DNA of 64,000 nucleotides from Paraphysomonas bandaiensis (Eukaryota; Protista; Chrysophyceae), in contig CBFFRP010000128.1 in assembly GCA_965644295.1 (NCBI GenBank), positions 62,001-126,000 of the forward strand, in the 5' to 3' direction. The translations under genes were made by a program, and so were the position numbers. Positions 63,341-64,000 of this stretch are shown piece after piece. The notes beneath the pieces are model-generated. The model made no database searches, was not told the DNA's origin, and was given only the letters and a program-made list of their open reading frames with translations. The stretch's first letter is position 1; each line of letters starts with the position of its first letter.

Positions 63341-64000
63341 ACTCTGCAATCATATGGAATTGTAACTTAACAAAGTTGGACTACTTCTGTATTCCCTCCG
63401 AATTCACGGGTTTAAGATCTAGAGAGCTGCTCTTTTAATGAAGATATTGGTCACTTTGCAAAGAAGGAGTGGACATAGCTGCTCCTTTAAAGAGGGCAGA
63501 TACCCCTGTTGAGTTGACTCAACATCCTCTTTGCATAAAGAAGTGCAAAACTCCAATGTGATTTGGGATCTCTCTTCCCACTCTTTGGGCTATGGCACCT
63601 ATGAGTATCATACTGGGTCTCTGTTGTAGACAGATTCAGTTCGTAGGCACGATATACAGTTACTATAGCTACCTTTAATCCTGTTAGTAACTTGTTCTCC
63701 CTCGCCTTGAGAGCTTATTCTGCATGTCCGATTCGGTCTACCCTTCCACAATTCATTTACACACGGATGCCACAATGGTTCTTGAAATAAGTGTGATATT
63801 ACTACAGTATTGAACGTATATTATAAGATATAGTCAAAATACATAGAACTTTACCTCAAGATTATATCTCCGATGACATACTCAGACCAGAATGCTCTGA
63901 GAGGAATATGAATATACAGCTATTCGATTAGACAGATCTCATTCGCACTCATTCCAGCTGCAAGTGCGTGTTGCACTACATTGGTGCATACAGCGGGCGT

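Overview
Eukaryotic, gene-dense DNA with many short (mostly about 45-70 nt) GT-AG introns. A protist, probably a stramenopile, is my inference from gene style; it is not proven. Recognisable host genes: PP2A catalytic subunit, a PHD/AT-hook protein, NEMP, eIF3c (with an intronic C/D snoRNA candidate), holocytochrome c synthase, an SLC10A7-like transporter, two aquaporin genes (one a tandem double MIP), a Cys-rich GLG1-like membrane protein, a rhodanese-DUSP phosphatase, UBC12, RPL35, a SNF2 helicase with PHD fingers and a SAP30-SGF29 fusion. Two bacterial-type genes carry introns (a sulfotransferase and DUF899). There is also an intronless P-loop NTPase ending in a CaaX box and an E2 lacking its catalytic Cys. 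Mobile DNA is abundant. (1) A 3.2-kb element with at least 68-bp perfect TIRs carries a DD34E IS630/Tc1-like transposase and a convergent 543-aa orphan gene, each starting next to a TIR. (2) An RNase H-bearing LINE fragment and a roughly 500-bp non-autonomous family share their 3' end. (3) A chromodomain Ty3/gypsy element and a Tc1 element are both inserted in (TATG)n/(CATA)n microsatellites. (4) A copia remnant and several MITEs. All gene models and family calls were made by eye; no database search was run.
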